DNA from: a virus
Lineage: Duplodnaviria > Heunggongvirae > Uroviricota > Caudoviricetes
Strand: one strand, 5' to 3'
IMG/VR virus record: IMGVR_UViG_2609459856_000009
Length of the DNA: 34,234 bases
Each line of letters starts with the position of its first letter. Position 1 is the first letter of the stretch. Shown in pieces: positions 1 through 7,863 of the stretch. The position numbers and the translations under genes are program-made. The notes under the pieces are model-generated. The model did no database searches. It worked only from the letters and a program-made list of their open reading frames with translations, and was not told the origin of the DNA.

Positions 1-1143
1 CTATGCTGTTTTGATATCTACGATAATCCAGTCTTTACCACGATCATCATTGTATCGGTCGGTCATTTTTCTGGATTTATGACCTAACAACTTTTGCGTA
101 TCCAGACCCTGTTCCCGATATAACCGTTCTGACAGAGATCGCTGCTCATGAAATGTGGGCGCAGTTCCTGGCTCCCATTTTATGCCACATTTTTCCCTGG
201 CCTTTTTAAAAGCCGTTGTAAGAGTATTTGCAGAAACCTGGTCTCCTCTGTTTGCTTGAGAGGTAGTGTGACGGTAATGGACCAGATATTTACTAACAAC
301 AGCATCCCTGCACTGAGATATAACTTCACGAAGGGTAATATTCAGAGCATCGCATTTCAGGCTAAGCGGAATAGCAAGTTTTGAACCGGTTTTTTCCTGA
401 GTAATGTGCAACATGTCGTCCCATATATCAGAGAATTTCAAATTGCAGATATCGCCTAAACGTTGTCCAGTAACAAGAGCAAGTAGCATGCCGCATTTTA
501 AATAGGGCTGCCGTCTGCTTATGCTTTCAAATATTGCCTGCCATTCGGGCAGTGATAATCTTTGGCGGTTTACTCGATTTCGCGGTTGTTTTGTTGCCTG
601 CGCTGGGTTAAATCCTGGCGGAACATGTCCTGCGTGTTGTGCTTCTTTGAAGACGTCGATCAACACCATTCTCACGACTTGCGCCATCCTGTTATGACCT
701 TCAGCCTTTACAGCATCAATTATTTCGACAATATCAAGTGCGGTAATATCCTTGAGGTGTTGCATTCCACAATGCTCACGGAAAAGACGAATGGGTTTAC
801 CTTTTTGCCGATAGGAGTTGGGTTTTAGTTCATTATGTTGCAGCCTGTCCTCCTGGATAGAAATATATTTATCAAGCCATTCTGTCACCGTAATGTCTGA
901 GCGCCTGCCTTTCATTCTTTCTAGACGCTCATTGACGCTTAATATTTGTCGGGTACGTTGTTCAGCAATAATGGTATTTGCTTCAGTAGCAACTTGTTTT
1001 GCTTCATTCTCATCAGTTCCTAAGCTATGAAAACGACCGGATAGTGGATGTTTGTATTGCCAATATACCTTTCCGGTTCGCTTATCTAATTTGCAATATA
1101 AATTGGGTATAGAGATTTTGTGAGATCGGGGTCTAGCAGCCAT
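1..1143 (-). CDS. int: Prophage integrase, lambda Int-family tyrosine recombinase (complete; stop at window position 1-3)
   Basis: 380-aa ORF with lambda Int-like architecture and a C-terminal catalytic region (HEQRSLSERLY...LLGHKSRKMTDRY) typical of tyrosine recombinases. It overlaps the upstream xis by 11 nt as in lambda. The att site must lie left of the window. Confidence 0.9.
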   Translation of the reverse strand: MAARPRSHKISIPNLYCKLDKRTGKVYWQYKHPLSGRFHSLGTDENEAKQVATEANTIIAEQRTRQILSVNERLERMKGRRSDITVTEWLDKYISIQEDRLQHNELKPNSYRQKGKPIRLFREHCGMQHLKDITALDIVEIIDAVKAEGHNRMAQVVRMVLIDVFKEAQHAGHVPPGFNPAQATKQPRNRVNRQRLSLPEWQAIFESISRRQPYLKCGMLLALVTGQRLGDICNLKFSDIWDDMLHITQEKTGSKLAIPLSLKCDALNITLREVISQCRDAVVSKYLVHYRHTTSQANRGDQVSANTLTTAFKKAREKCGIKWEPGTAPTFHEQRSLSERLYREQGLDTQKLLGHKSRKMTDRYNDDRGKDWIIVDIKTA

Positions 1144-1369
1144 CAGCGATTATCCGTTGGAGTTTTGGGTTTGCGTTTATTGGGAGTTGCGGTTCTGCAA
1201 GCGTTCCTACAAAACGGGAATTTCGGTCAATCATCCAGTAGCGACCAACTTTTATAGCGGGTGGGGCCATCATTTTCCCTTGCGCGTATTTTTTCAGAAC
1301 TCGCTCACTTGGTGCTAAGTCCCCAAATTCTTCTTTAGCCCAGTCCTGTAAAGTGATTAGTCGAGACAT
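1133..1369 (-). CDS. xis: Excisionase (Xis-like)
   Basis: 78-aa basic ORF immediately upstream of and overlapping int on the same strand; position and size match lambdoid xis. Confidence 0.7.
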   Translation of the reverse strand: MSRLITLQDWAKEEFGDLAPSERVLKKYAQGKMMAPPAIKVGRYWMIDRNSRFVGTLAEPQLPINANPKLQRIIADGC

Positions 1370-1508
1370 TTGTCCTCCTCTTAGCTGCTGAGGGAGTTTG
1401 TGACCGATATATCTGACATGATATTAAGCTCATGGCAGGTACATCTCTTGACTGGTCATAGAGATAAATTTAATGCTGAGAAATGCAGTATTGAATTTAT
1501 CAATTTTT

Positions 1509-1748
1509 CTATTTCCTGCGTATGGCGCGTAACTTCTTAATGTGTTCTGCTGTATCGATCTCTTCGGCTATCCGCTCTGATTCCACTTTACTAACAGGTT
1601 CAAAGTCATGATTAAAGCGGAACATGCTGGCGATACATGTTCTGCCTTTTCGGATGTAGTGAACTTTGTTGTGGGTAGAACGCAGGATTTTGCAGGGAGT
1701 GCCGTGATGGTCGACGTACCAGGTGTTAGGAAAAATGATTCTGAACAT
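1509..1748 (-). CDS. Hypothetical early-left phage protein
   Basis: 79-aa ORF on the early-left strand between xis and exo; no family recognised. Confidence 0.45.
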   Translation of the reverse strand: MFRIIFPNTWYVDHHGTPCKILRSTHNKVHYIRKGRTCIASMFRFNHDFEPVSKVESERIAEEIDTAEHIKKLRAIRRK

Positions 1749-1795
1749 TTTTACACCTCAGTTGGACGATGTTGAAATTTGCTGCTTTGAGGCCA

Positions 1796-2014
1796 TCACA
1801 GTCCCCATTGTTTGTTCTTAAGTTCGATCTCCTCCTGGCAACTTGCACAAGTCCGACAACCCTGAACAGCCAGGCGTCTTCGCTCATCTATCGGATCGCC
1901 ACACTCACAACAATGAGTTGCGGATACAGTCTGGTAGTTCAGACGACGCATTTTTATTGCTGTATTGCGCTGTAATTCTTCGATTTCTGATGCTGAATCA
2001 ATGATGTCTGCCAT
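1796..2014 (-). CDS. TraR/DksA-family C4 zinc-finger protein
   Basis: 72-aa ORF with a CxxC...CxxC motif (CCECGDPIDERRR...CRTCASC) characteristic of phage TraR-like zinc fingers. Confidence 0.7.
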   Translation of the reverse strand: MADIIDSASEIEELQRNTAIKMRRLNYQTVSATHCCECGDPIDERRRLAVQGCRTCASCQEEIELKNKQWGL

Positions 2015-2112
2015 CTTTCATTAATCCCTGAATTGTTGGTTAATACGCTTGAGGGTAAATGCGAATAATAAAAAAGGAGCCTGTAGCTCCCTGATGATTT
2101 TGCTTTTCATGT

Positions 2113-2394
2113 TCATCGTTCCTTAAAGACGCCGTTCAACATGCCGATCGCCAGGCTTAAATGAGTCGGTGTGAATCCCATCAGCGTTACCGTTTCGCGG
2201 TGCTTCTTTAGTACGCTACGGCAAATGTCATCGACGTTTTTATCCGGAAACTGCTGTCTGGCTTTTTTGATTTCAGAATTAGCCTGACGGGCAATGCTGC
2301 GAAGGGCGTTTTCTTGCTGAGGTGTCACTGAACAAGCCCCATGCCGGCAAGCATAAGCACACAGAATATGAAGCCCGCTGCCAGAAAAATGCAT
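2113..2394 (-). CDS. Hypothetical early-left protein
   Basis: 93-aa ORF co-oriented with the early-left operon; start codon uncertain. Confidence 0.4.
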   Translation of the reverse strand: MHFSGSGLHILCAYACRHGACSVTPQQENALRSIARQANSEIKKARQQFPDKNVDDICRSVLKKHRETVTLMGFTPTHLSLAIGMLNGVFKER

Positions 2395-2404
2395 TCAGTG
2401 GTTG

Positions 2405-2596
2405 TCATACCTGGTCTCTCTCATCTGCTTCTGCTTTCGCCACCATCATTTCCAGCTTTTGTGAAAGGGATGTGGCTAACGTATGAAATTCTTCGTCTGT
2501 TTCTACTGGTATTGGCACAAACCTGACTCCAATTTGAGCAAGGCTATGTGCCATCTCAATACTCGTTCTTAACTCAACAGGAGATGCTTTGTGCAT
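2405..2596 (-). CDS. Lambda orf63-like protein
   Basis: 63-aa product ([23 protein letters not shown]...) matches my recollection of lambda orf63, at the same position upstream of exo. Confidence 0.6.
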   Translation of the reverse strand: MHKASPVELRTSIEMAHSLAQIGVRFVPIPVETDEEFHTLATSLSQKLEMMVAKAEADERDQV

Positions 2597-2757
2597 ACCG
2601 CCTCCCGTTTATTATTTATCTTCTCAGCCAGCCGCTGTGCTTTCAGTGGATTTCTGATAACAGAAAGGCCGGGAAATACCCAGCCTCGCTTTGTAATGGA
2701 GTAGACGAAAGTGATCGCGCCTACCCGGATATTATCGTGAGGATGCGTCATCGCCAT
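2569..2757 (-). CDS. Lambda orf60a-like protein
   Basis: 62-aa product ([20 protein letters not shown]...) matches my recollection of lambda orf60a; overlaps the exo start as in lambda. Confidence 0.55.
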   Translation of the reverse strand: MAMTHPHDNIRVGAITFVYSITKRGWVFPGLSVIRNPLKAQRLAEKINNKREAVCTKHLLLS

Positions 2758-3428
2758 TGCTCCCCAAATACAAAACCAATTTCAGCCAGTGCCTCGTCCA
2801 TTTTTTCGATGAACTCCGGCACCATCTCGTCAAAACTCGCCATGTACTTTTCATCCCGCTCAACCACGACATAATGCAGTCCTTCACGCTTCATACGCGG
2901 GTCATAGTTGGCAAAGTACCAGGCATCTTTTCGTGTCACCCACATGCTGTACTGCACCTGGGCCATGTAAGCCGACTTTATGGCCTTGAAACCACCGAGC
3001 CGGAACTTCATGAAATCCCGGGAGGTAAACGGGCATTTCAGCTCAAGGCCATTGCCGTCACTGCATAAACCATCGGGAGAGCAGGCGGTGCGCATACTTT
3101 CGTCGCGATAGATGATCGGGGATTCAGTAACATTCACGCCGGAAGTGAATTCAAACAGGGTTCTGGCGTCGTTCTCGTACTGTTTTCCCCAGGCCAGCGC
3201 CTTAGCATTAACTTCCGGAGCCACACCGGTGCAAACCTCGGCAAGCAGGGTGTGGAAGTAGGACATTTTCATGTCAGGCCAGTTCTTTCCGGAGCGGGGT
3301 TTTGCTATCACGTTGTGAACTTCTGAAGCTGTGATGACGCCGAGCCGTAATTTGTGCCACGCATCATCCCCCTGCTCGACAGCTCTCACGTCGATCCCGG
3401 TACGCTGCAGGATAATGTCTGGTGTCAT
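2748..3428 (-). CDS. exo: Lambda exonuclease (Red alpha)
   Basis: 226-aa product essentially identical to lambda Exo ([43 protein letters not shown]...). Confidence 0.97.
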   Translation of the reverse strand: MTPDIILQRTGIDVRAVEQGDDAWHKLRLGVITASEVHNVIAKPRSGKNWPDMKMSYFHTLLAEVCTGVAPEVNAKALAWGKQYENDARTLFEFTSGVNVTESPIIYRDESMRTACSPDGLCSDGNGLELKCPFTSRDFMKFRLGGFKAIKSAYMAQVQYSMWVTRKDAWYFANYDPRMKREGLHYVVVERDEKYMASFDEMVPEFIEKMDEALAEIGFVFGEQWR

Positions 3429-4210
3429 GCTGCCACCTTCTGCTCAGTGGCTTTCTGTTTCAGGAATCCAAGAGCTTTCACTGCTTCGGCCTGTGTCAGT
3501 TCTGACGATGCGCGAATGTCGCGGCGAAATATCTGGGAACAGAGCGGCAATAAGTCGTCATCCCATGTTTTATCCAGGGCGATCAGCAGAGTGTTAATCT
3601 CCTGCATGGTTTCATCGTTAACCGGAGTGATGTCGCGTTCCGGCTGACGTTCTGCAGTGTATGCGGTATTTTCGACAATGCGCTCGGCTTCATCCTTGTC
3701 ATAGATACCCGCAAATCCGAAGGCCAGACGGGCACACTGAATCATGGCTTTATGCCGTAACATCCGTTTGGGATGCGACTGCCACGGTCCGGTGATTTCT
3801 CTGCCTTCGCGGGTTTTGAATGGTTCGCGGCGGCATTCATCCATCCACTCGGTAACGCAGATCGGATGATTACGGTCTTTGCGGTAAATCCGGCATGTAC
3901 AGGATTCATTGTCCTGCTCAAAGTCCATGCCATCAAACTGCTGGTTTTCATTGATGATGCGGGACCAGCCATCAACGCCCACCACCGGAACGATGCCGTT
4001 CTGCTTATCAGGGAAGGCGTAAATTTCTTTCGTCCACGGATTAAGGCCGTATTGGTTGGCGACGATCAGCAATGCGATGAACTGCGCATCGCTGGCATCG
4101 CCTTTAAATGCTGTCTGGCGAAGAGTGGTGATCAGTTCCTGTGGGTCGACAGAATCCATGCCGACACGTTCAGCCAGCTTCCCAGCCAGCGTTGCGAGTG
4201 CTGTACTCAT
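3425..4210 (-). CDS. bet: Recombination protein Bet (Red beta)
   Basis: 261-aa product essentially identical to lambda Bet ([59 protein letters not shown]...). Confidence 0.97.
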   Translation of the reverse strand: MSTALATLAGKLAERVGMDSVDPQELITTLRQTAFKGDASDAQFIALLIVANQYGLNPWTKEIYAFPDKQNGIVPVVGVDGWSRIINENQQFDGMDFEQDNESCTCRIYRKDRNHPICVTEWMDECRREPFKTREGREITGPWQSHPKRMLRHKAMIQCARLAFGFAGIYDKDEAERIVENTAYTAERQPERDITPVNDETMQEINTLLIALDKTWDDDLLPLCSQIFRRDIRASSELTQAEAVKALGFLKQKATEQKVAA

Positions 4211-4215
4211 CCGTT

Positions 4216-4512
4216 TTATACCTCTGAATCAATATCAACCTGGTGGTGAGCAATGGTTTCAACCATGTACCGGATGTGTTCTGCCATGCGCTCCTGAAAC
4301 TCAACATCGTCATCAAACGCACGGGTAATGGCTTTTTTGCTGGCCCCGTGGCGTTGCAAATGATCGATGCATAGCGATTCAAACAGGTGCTGGGGCAGGC
4401 CTTTTTCCATGTCGTCTGCCAGTTCTGCCTCTTTCTCTTCATGGGCGATCTGCTGGTAGTGACGCGCCCAGCTCTGAGCCTCAAGACGATCCTGAATGTA
4501 ATAAGCGTTCAT
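4216..4512 (-). CDS. gam: Gam, RecBCD inhibitor (short GamS form only)
   Basis: 98-aa product essentially identical to lambda GamS ([21 protein letters not shown]...). The lambda-like upstream leader is present but is out of frame and has an in-frame stop. Confidence 0.93.
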   Translation of the reverse strand: MNAYYIQDRLEAQSWARHYQQIAHEEKEAELADDMEKGLPQHLFESLCIDHLQRHGASKKAITRAFDDDVEFQERMAEHIRYMVETIAHHQVDIDSEV

Positions 4513-4587
4513 GGCTGAACTCCTGAAAATGGCTGTGAAAATATCGCCCGCGAAATGCCAGGCTGATTAGGTAAACAGGAAAGGGGA

Positions 4588-4794
4588 TTAGTGATTCAGA
4601 CCGTTGCCGCGCCCGTCGAGAAAAACTTCCACGAGCAAGTCACGGGTATAAGTGCGCTCGATGCCGCGATGCAGATAAAGCCGTCCGCGTAAATTAGCTG
4701 ATGCAGTCCAGGTACCATCTTTGTGTTTGACCAGCATTCCTGGCATGACCGCACCTCGATTAACGGTCTGCGTTCCGTAATGTTGATGAACCAT
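4588..4794 (-). CDS. Hypothetical small delayed-early protein (kil/cIII position)
   Basis: 68-aa ATG-initiated reading frame (MVHQHYGTQTVNRG...) preceded by AGGAG at about 5-nt spacing; lies between PL and gam. It is the C-terminal part of the 136-aa ORF in the track, which begins at a TTG. Confidence 0.4.
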   Translation of the reverse strand: MVHQHYGTQTVNRGAVMPGMLVKHKDGTWTASANLRGRLYLHRGIERTYTRDLLVEVFLDGRGNGLNH

Positions 4795-5071
4795 AAAAAC
4801 TCCTGCCCGTAAGCTGGGCTGCTGAACATATAGAGACTTCTGCGCGTATTCAGGCGGTGGATGGCCGCCGGTTGTCATAACTAAGTCGCCTCGTTGAAGC
4901 GACTGAGGTATGAAGTGTTGAGTTGATTTCAGCTGGTCACACCGACGTTCACGCGTCCGCTTCACCCCTCGCACTCCCCGGAGCCTGCTGAAATTCAAGC
5001 TGCGGATCTAAGCGGTCATCGCAACGGTGAATCAGGTGATTGCCGTATCGTTGTGTTGTTGCGATGAATTC

Positions 5072-5116
5072 ATTTAAAACCATAGTTGTTTTATCGTCAA
5101 CAACAAAAGTTGTTTT
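5072..5116 (-). promoter_or_regulatory. Candidate PL promoter with OL operator half-sites
   Basis: On the minus strand: -35 TTGACG (5100-5095), 17-nt spacer, -10 TTAAAT (5077-5072). Overlapping palindromes AACAAC-N4-GTTGTT (5099-5114) and GTTGTT-N8-AACAAC (5085-5104) share half-sites with the cI-cro intergenic operator. Confidence 0.5.
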
Positions 5117-5240
5117 ATTGGTTGTTTTAGATATAACTGGTTGTATTTAAGATGGATTTATTTTGTGACTTGCATCGCATAGCGATAACTGAAGCGAGGT
5201 CGTGGTGGTTTTTTGAACGGTTTGTGTGATGAGGGGAGGC

Positions 5241-5270
5241 AAAAGAAAACCCGGCACTGGGGCCGGGTTT
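5241..5270 (-). terminator. Intrinsic terminator ending the cI-distal lysogeny operon
   Basis: Perfect 9-bp GC-rich stem (5247-5255 with 5262-5270), 6-nt loop, followed on the minus strand by a U-rich run (UCUUUU); located about 75 bp downstream of the 146-aa gene. Confidence 0.7.
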
Positions 5271-5345
5271 ATATGGATAAGAAAGGGTAATAGGGAATGA
5301 AAAATCGCTTTGCGTAATGCAAGGTGGCGAGCAGTTTCTTAAGCA

Positions 5346-5786
5346 CTAAAGAAAAAAGTACATTGATAGCTTATAAAGACCTGTTCCTGCAGCGATGATT
5401 GCTGGAACACCAAGCAATACCGCAAGCTTTGCGTCTGAAATCTTTCTATCGACAGCATCGATGGAGGGTTTTTTGGCTAGTGAATCTTTTATTGAATCGA
5501 GTCGCTCCAGAACAGCGATCATGTTTCTGTCGATAGATTTGACATCTGTCTTAAGCTCATCAACGTCACGTCGGATATAGGACACATCAGACTCAAGCTT
5601 TGCAACTTTCGATTCAAGCACATTATTACTCCCAGAGCCACCGCTACCACTTGATTGTAGCATAGGTACATTACCGCCAGACATACCAGCTGATTGAGAA
5701 AATGCTGCAGTGTGCAAAGATGATGATCTTGCCGCTTGTTCAAGCTTTTCAGTTAGGTTTGGAGCTTCGTAATAACCGTGTTTCAT
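5346..5786 (-). CDS. Hypothetical coiled-coil protein with a single C-terminal transmembrane helix (rexB-slot gene)
   Basis: 146-aa ORF: soluble N-terminus, Gly/Ser-rich linker (SSGSGGSGSNN), heptad-like segment (LESKVAKLESDVSYIRRDVDELKTDVKSIDRNMIAVLERLDSIKDSL), hydrophobic tail (LAVLLGVPAIIAAGTGLYKLSMYFFL). AT-richer than the flanks; no family recognised. Confidence 0.6.
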   Translation of the reverse strand: MKHGYYEAPNLTEKLEQAARSSSLHTAAFSQSAGMSGGNVPMLQSSGSGGSGSNNVLESKVAKLESDVSYIRRDVDELKTDVKSIDRNMIAVLERLDSIKDSLAKKPSIDAVDRKISDAKLAVLLGVPAIIAAGTGLYKLSMYFFL

Positions 5787-5794
5787 TGTTAATA

Positions 5795-6064
5795 TTATGA
5801 CTTATTGGTTTTAGCTCTATCATGCTGATCGCGAATAAAGTCAGCGAGTTTAAGCATTAAATCTTCCGTCATGCGAATTGTTGCAATGTTGTACTTTACG
5901 TTTTCAGTGTCATTACTACCATCAGCGCCCCATTCTGTAACATGCTGAAAGAAAGATATGGAGCCTAAGCGATCGTCATCTTCCCCAAAAGATGAATATC
6001 CAAATGCATCAGCATATGCATCTACACAGTTATTTGATTTTTTTATAAGTTTTTTATCACTCAT
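5795..6064 (-). CDS. Hypothetical small acidic protein (rexA-slot gene)
   Basis: 89-aa ORF directly downstream of the cI-like gene on the same strand, 8 nt upstream of the 146-aa gene (operon-like); no family recognised. Confidence 0.55.
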   Translation of the reverse strand: MSDKKLIKKSNNCVDAYADAFGYSSFGEDDDRLGSISFFQHVTEWGADGSNDTENVKYNIATIRMTEDLMLKLADFIRDQHDRAKTNKS

Positions 6065-6143
6065 TTTTGCCTTTCCCGTAATGTTATTTTTATAAAGAAT
6101 TCTTTCAGCGCATTACCCAAAAGCCTCATCAGCACGCAGCTGA

Positions 6144-6833
6144 TTATCCGTGTTTCCTATACGTCTGCGGCATACTGCCAATAACCTTCCCGAAAATGAA
6201 CACCCGGTTCATCTCGTCTTTCTCGATCGGGTCCCACGGTGAGTAGCTCTTGTTATCAGAGATAACCAGTAGCTTATCTTTCATCATTTGCAGGCGCTTT
6301 ACATGGGCTGTGTCGTCGTACAGAAACGCATAGATACCATCACCGTCGAAAGATTTAACCGTGATATCAACGAACAGCAGATCACCTGGTTCGATCGTTC
6401 CTGACATGCTGTCACCACGCACGTTAATGATGCGGATATTTTCCGCCTTCCTGCCATCGAACATGTGACGAGCATCGTCAAACGAGTACTCAACCGAGCG
6501 TAGAACTTCTACAAATTCACGGTTGATGACTCCCGGCCCGGCACTCACTTCTATATCAAGAACGTCAATCTTAAAGTATTTGGAATGGCTGACAGTTGAT
6601 TGTATTGGTTGCACTGTACTGTCTGACATATTTCCAACGCCAGAAGATAACCATTCTGCGCGCACACCCAAAGCGTTCGCGATCTCCACGATTTTAGTTG
6701 TTTGGTTAGCTTTCCCTGTTTCGATTTTCTGAATAGCAGCTTGGCTAACCCCGACCAAATCCCCAAGCGCCTTTTGTGTAAGGCCTCGCGCTAATCTGGC
6801 TTCTTTAAGTCTTTCTGAGAGTGTTGTTTTCAT
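6144..6833 (-). CDS. cI: CI-type prophage repressor (HTH-XRE plus S24 LexA-like autopeptidase domain)
   Basis: N-terminal HTH (LTQKALGDLVGVSQAAIQKIETGK), Ala-Gly cleavage site (VSAGPG), catalytic Ser (GDSM) and Lys (VKRL). Start taken at MKTTLSERL (6833), 67 bp downstream of the TTG at the head of the longer ORF (6899). Confidence 0.85.
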   Translation of the reverse strand: MKTTLSERLKEARLARGLTQKALGDLVGVSQAAIQKIETGKANQTTKIVEIANALGVRAEWLSSGVGNMSDSTVQPIQSTVSHSKYFKIDVLDIEVSAGPGVINREFVEVLRSVEYSFDDARHMFDGRKAENIRIINVRGDSMSGTIEPGDLLFVDITVKSFDGDGIYAFLYDDTAHVKRLQMMKDKLLVISDNKSYSPWDPIEKDEMNRVFIFGKVIGSMPQTYRKHG

Positions 6834-6839
6834 AGTCCA

Positions 6840-6937
6840 AATGTACAACCAAGGTTTTATTCCATCAAACGAAAATGGTTGTTGACTAAAAACAACCATA
6901 GTTTTAATCTTGATTCAAATTAACCACGGAGGTTGTT
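6840..6937. promoter_or_regulatory. Candidate OR/PR region between the divergent cI-like and cro-like genes
   Basis: Perfect 9-bp inverted repeat ATGGTTGTT-N7-AACAACCAT (6875-6899) overlapping a -35 TTGACT (6882-6887); candidate -10 TAATCT (6905-6910); GGAGG ribosome-binding site before the cro-like ATG at 6938. Confidence 0.6.
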
Positions 6938-7168
6938 ATGAATCCAGCTATCAAAACAGCGATCAATATCGTTGGTTCACAAAAGAAACTGGGCGCTGCC
7001 TGCGAAGTTTCACAGCAGGCCGTCTATAAGTGGCTTCACAACAAAGCAAAGGTATCCCCTGAACATGTCGGCAGCATTGTTACGGCTACTGGTGGAGTAG
7101 TGAAGGCATACCAGATTCGCCCGGATCTTCCGAAGTTGTTTCCACACACCGAAAAGAACGCAGCTTAA
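6938..7168 (+). CDS. cro: Cro-like transcriptional regulator
   Basis: 76-aa ORF transcribed divergently from the repressor; HTH-like segment (QKKLGAACEVSQQAVYKWL). Confidence 0.7.
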   Translation: MNPAIKTAINIVGSQKKLGAACEVSQQAVYKWLHNKAKVSPEHVGSIVTATGGVVKAYQIRPDLPKLFPHTEKNAA

Positions 7169-7237
7169 ATTTCCATTTCACGCTCTTTAACAATAAGCAA
7201 TCAACTTAACAGTCAATTCAAACTAAAGGAGTCAATT

Positions 7238-7777
7238 ATGCAACCACTTACATACCAACAGACTAGCGGATTTAGCCCGACTGCGGTGATAAATCGTTCT
7301 CAAACAAAACAGGTGCCAGGCCACGAAAAAATCCGTGATGCCGTCCGCGCCTGGTCGGCTGAAGATAATCAGGATGTCGTTGCCACACTCATTGTGAATG
7401 AGTATCGGGAGCAGGGCGGCGGCACTATCGATTTCCCTGATGATGTCAGCCGTGCACGCCAGAAGCTGTTCCGCTTCCTCGATAACAAATTCGATTCTGA
7501 AAAATACCGAAATAACGTGCGTGAACTGACCCCGGCAATTCTGGCGGTACTACCGCTGGAATATCGCGGCCACCTGGTTGAGCAGGATAGCTTCATGGCT
7601 CGGCTGGCTGAAATGGAAAAGGAACTCTGTGAGGCAAAGCAGGCGGTCATTCTCAACGCACCACGCCACCAGAAACTGAAGGAGATGAGTGAAGGCATTG
7701 TGTCGATGTTTCGAGTGGACCCGGATCTGGCTGGTCCATTGATGGCGATGGTAACCACCATGCTGGGGGCAATATGA
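7238..7777 (+). CDS. YdaT-family protein in the cII position
   Basis: 179-aa product with motifs (EYREQGGG, LTPAILAVLPLEYRGHL) resembling Rac prophage YdaT as I recall it; located between cro and O. Confidence 0.55.
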   Translation: MQPLTYQQTSGFSPTAVINRSQTKQVPGHEKIRDAVRAWSAEDNQDVVATLIVNEYREQGGGTIDFPDDVSRARQKLFRFLDNKFDSEKYRNNVRELTPAILAVLPLEYRGHLVEQDSFMARLAEMEKELCEAKQAVILNAPRHQKLKEMSEGIVSMFRVDPDLAGPLMAMVTTMLGAI

Positions 7778-7863
7778 CAGGTTCAAAAATGGCGAAAGTC
7801 GGTCTGCGGGAACAGAACCGACTTTCAGGTGCAAATCGTAACACACTCATTGCGGGAGGAATT

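Noticed and set aside
3773-4249. 158-aa plus-strand ORF
   Set aside because: Lies entirely antisense to bet, whose product is near-identical to lambda Bet; the antisense frame is a by-product of codon bias.
4596-4829. 77-aa minus-strand ORF in the PL-gam interval (alternative frame)
   Set aside because: Lacks a ribosome-binding site and overlaps the better-supported 68-aa frame that has AGGAG at optimal spacing; kept only as a remote alternative.
7774-7863. 30-codon N-terminal extension of O in the ORF track
   Set aside because: Overlaps the end of the ydaT-like gene; the ATG at 7864 is preceded by GGAGG and aligns with the lambda O start.
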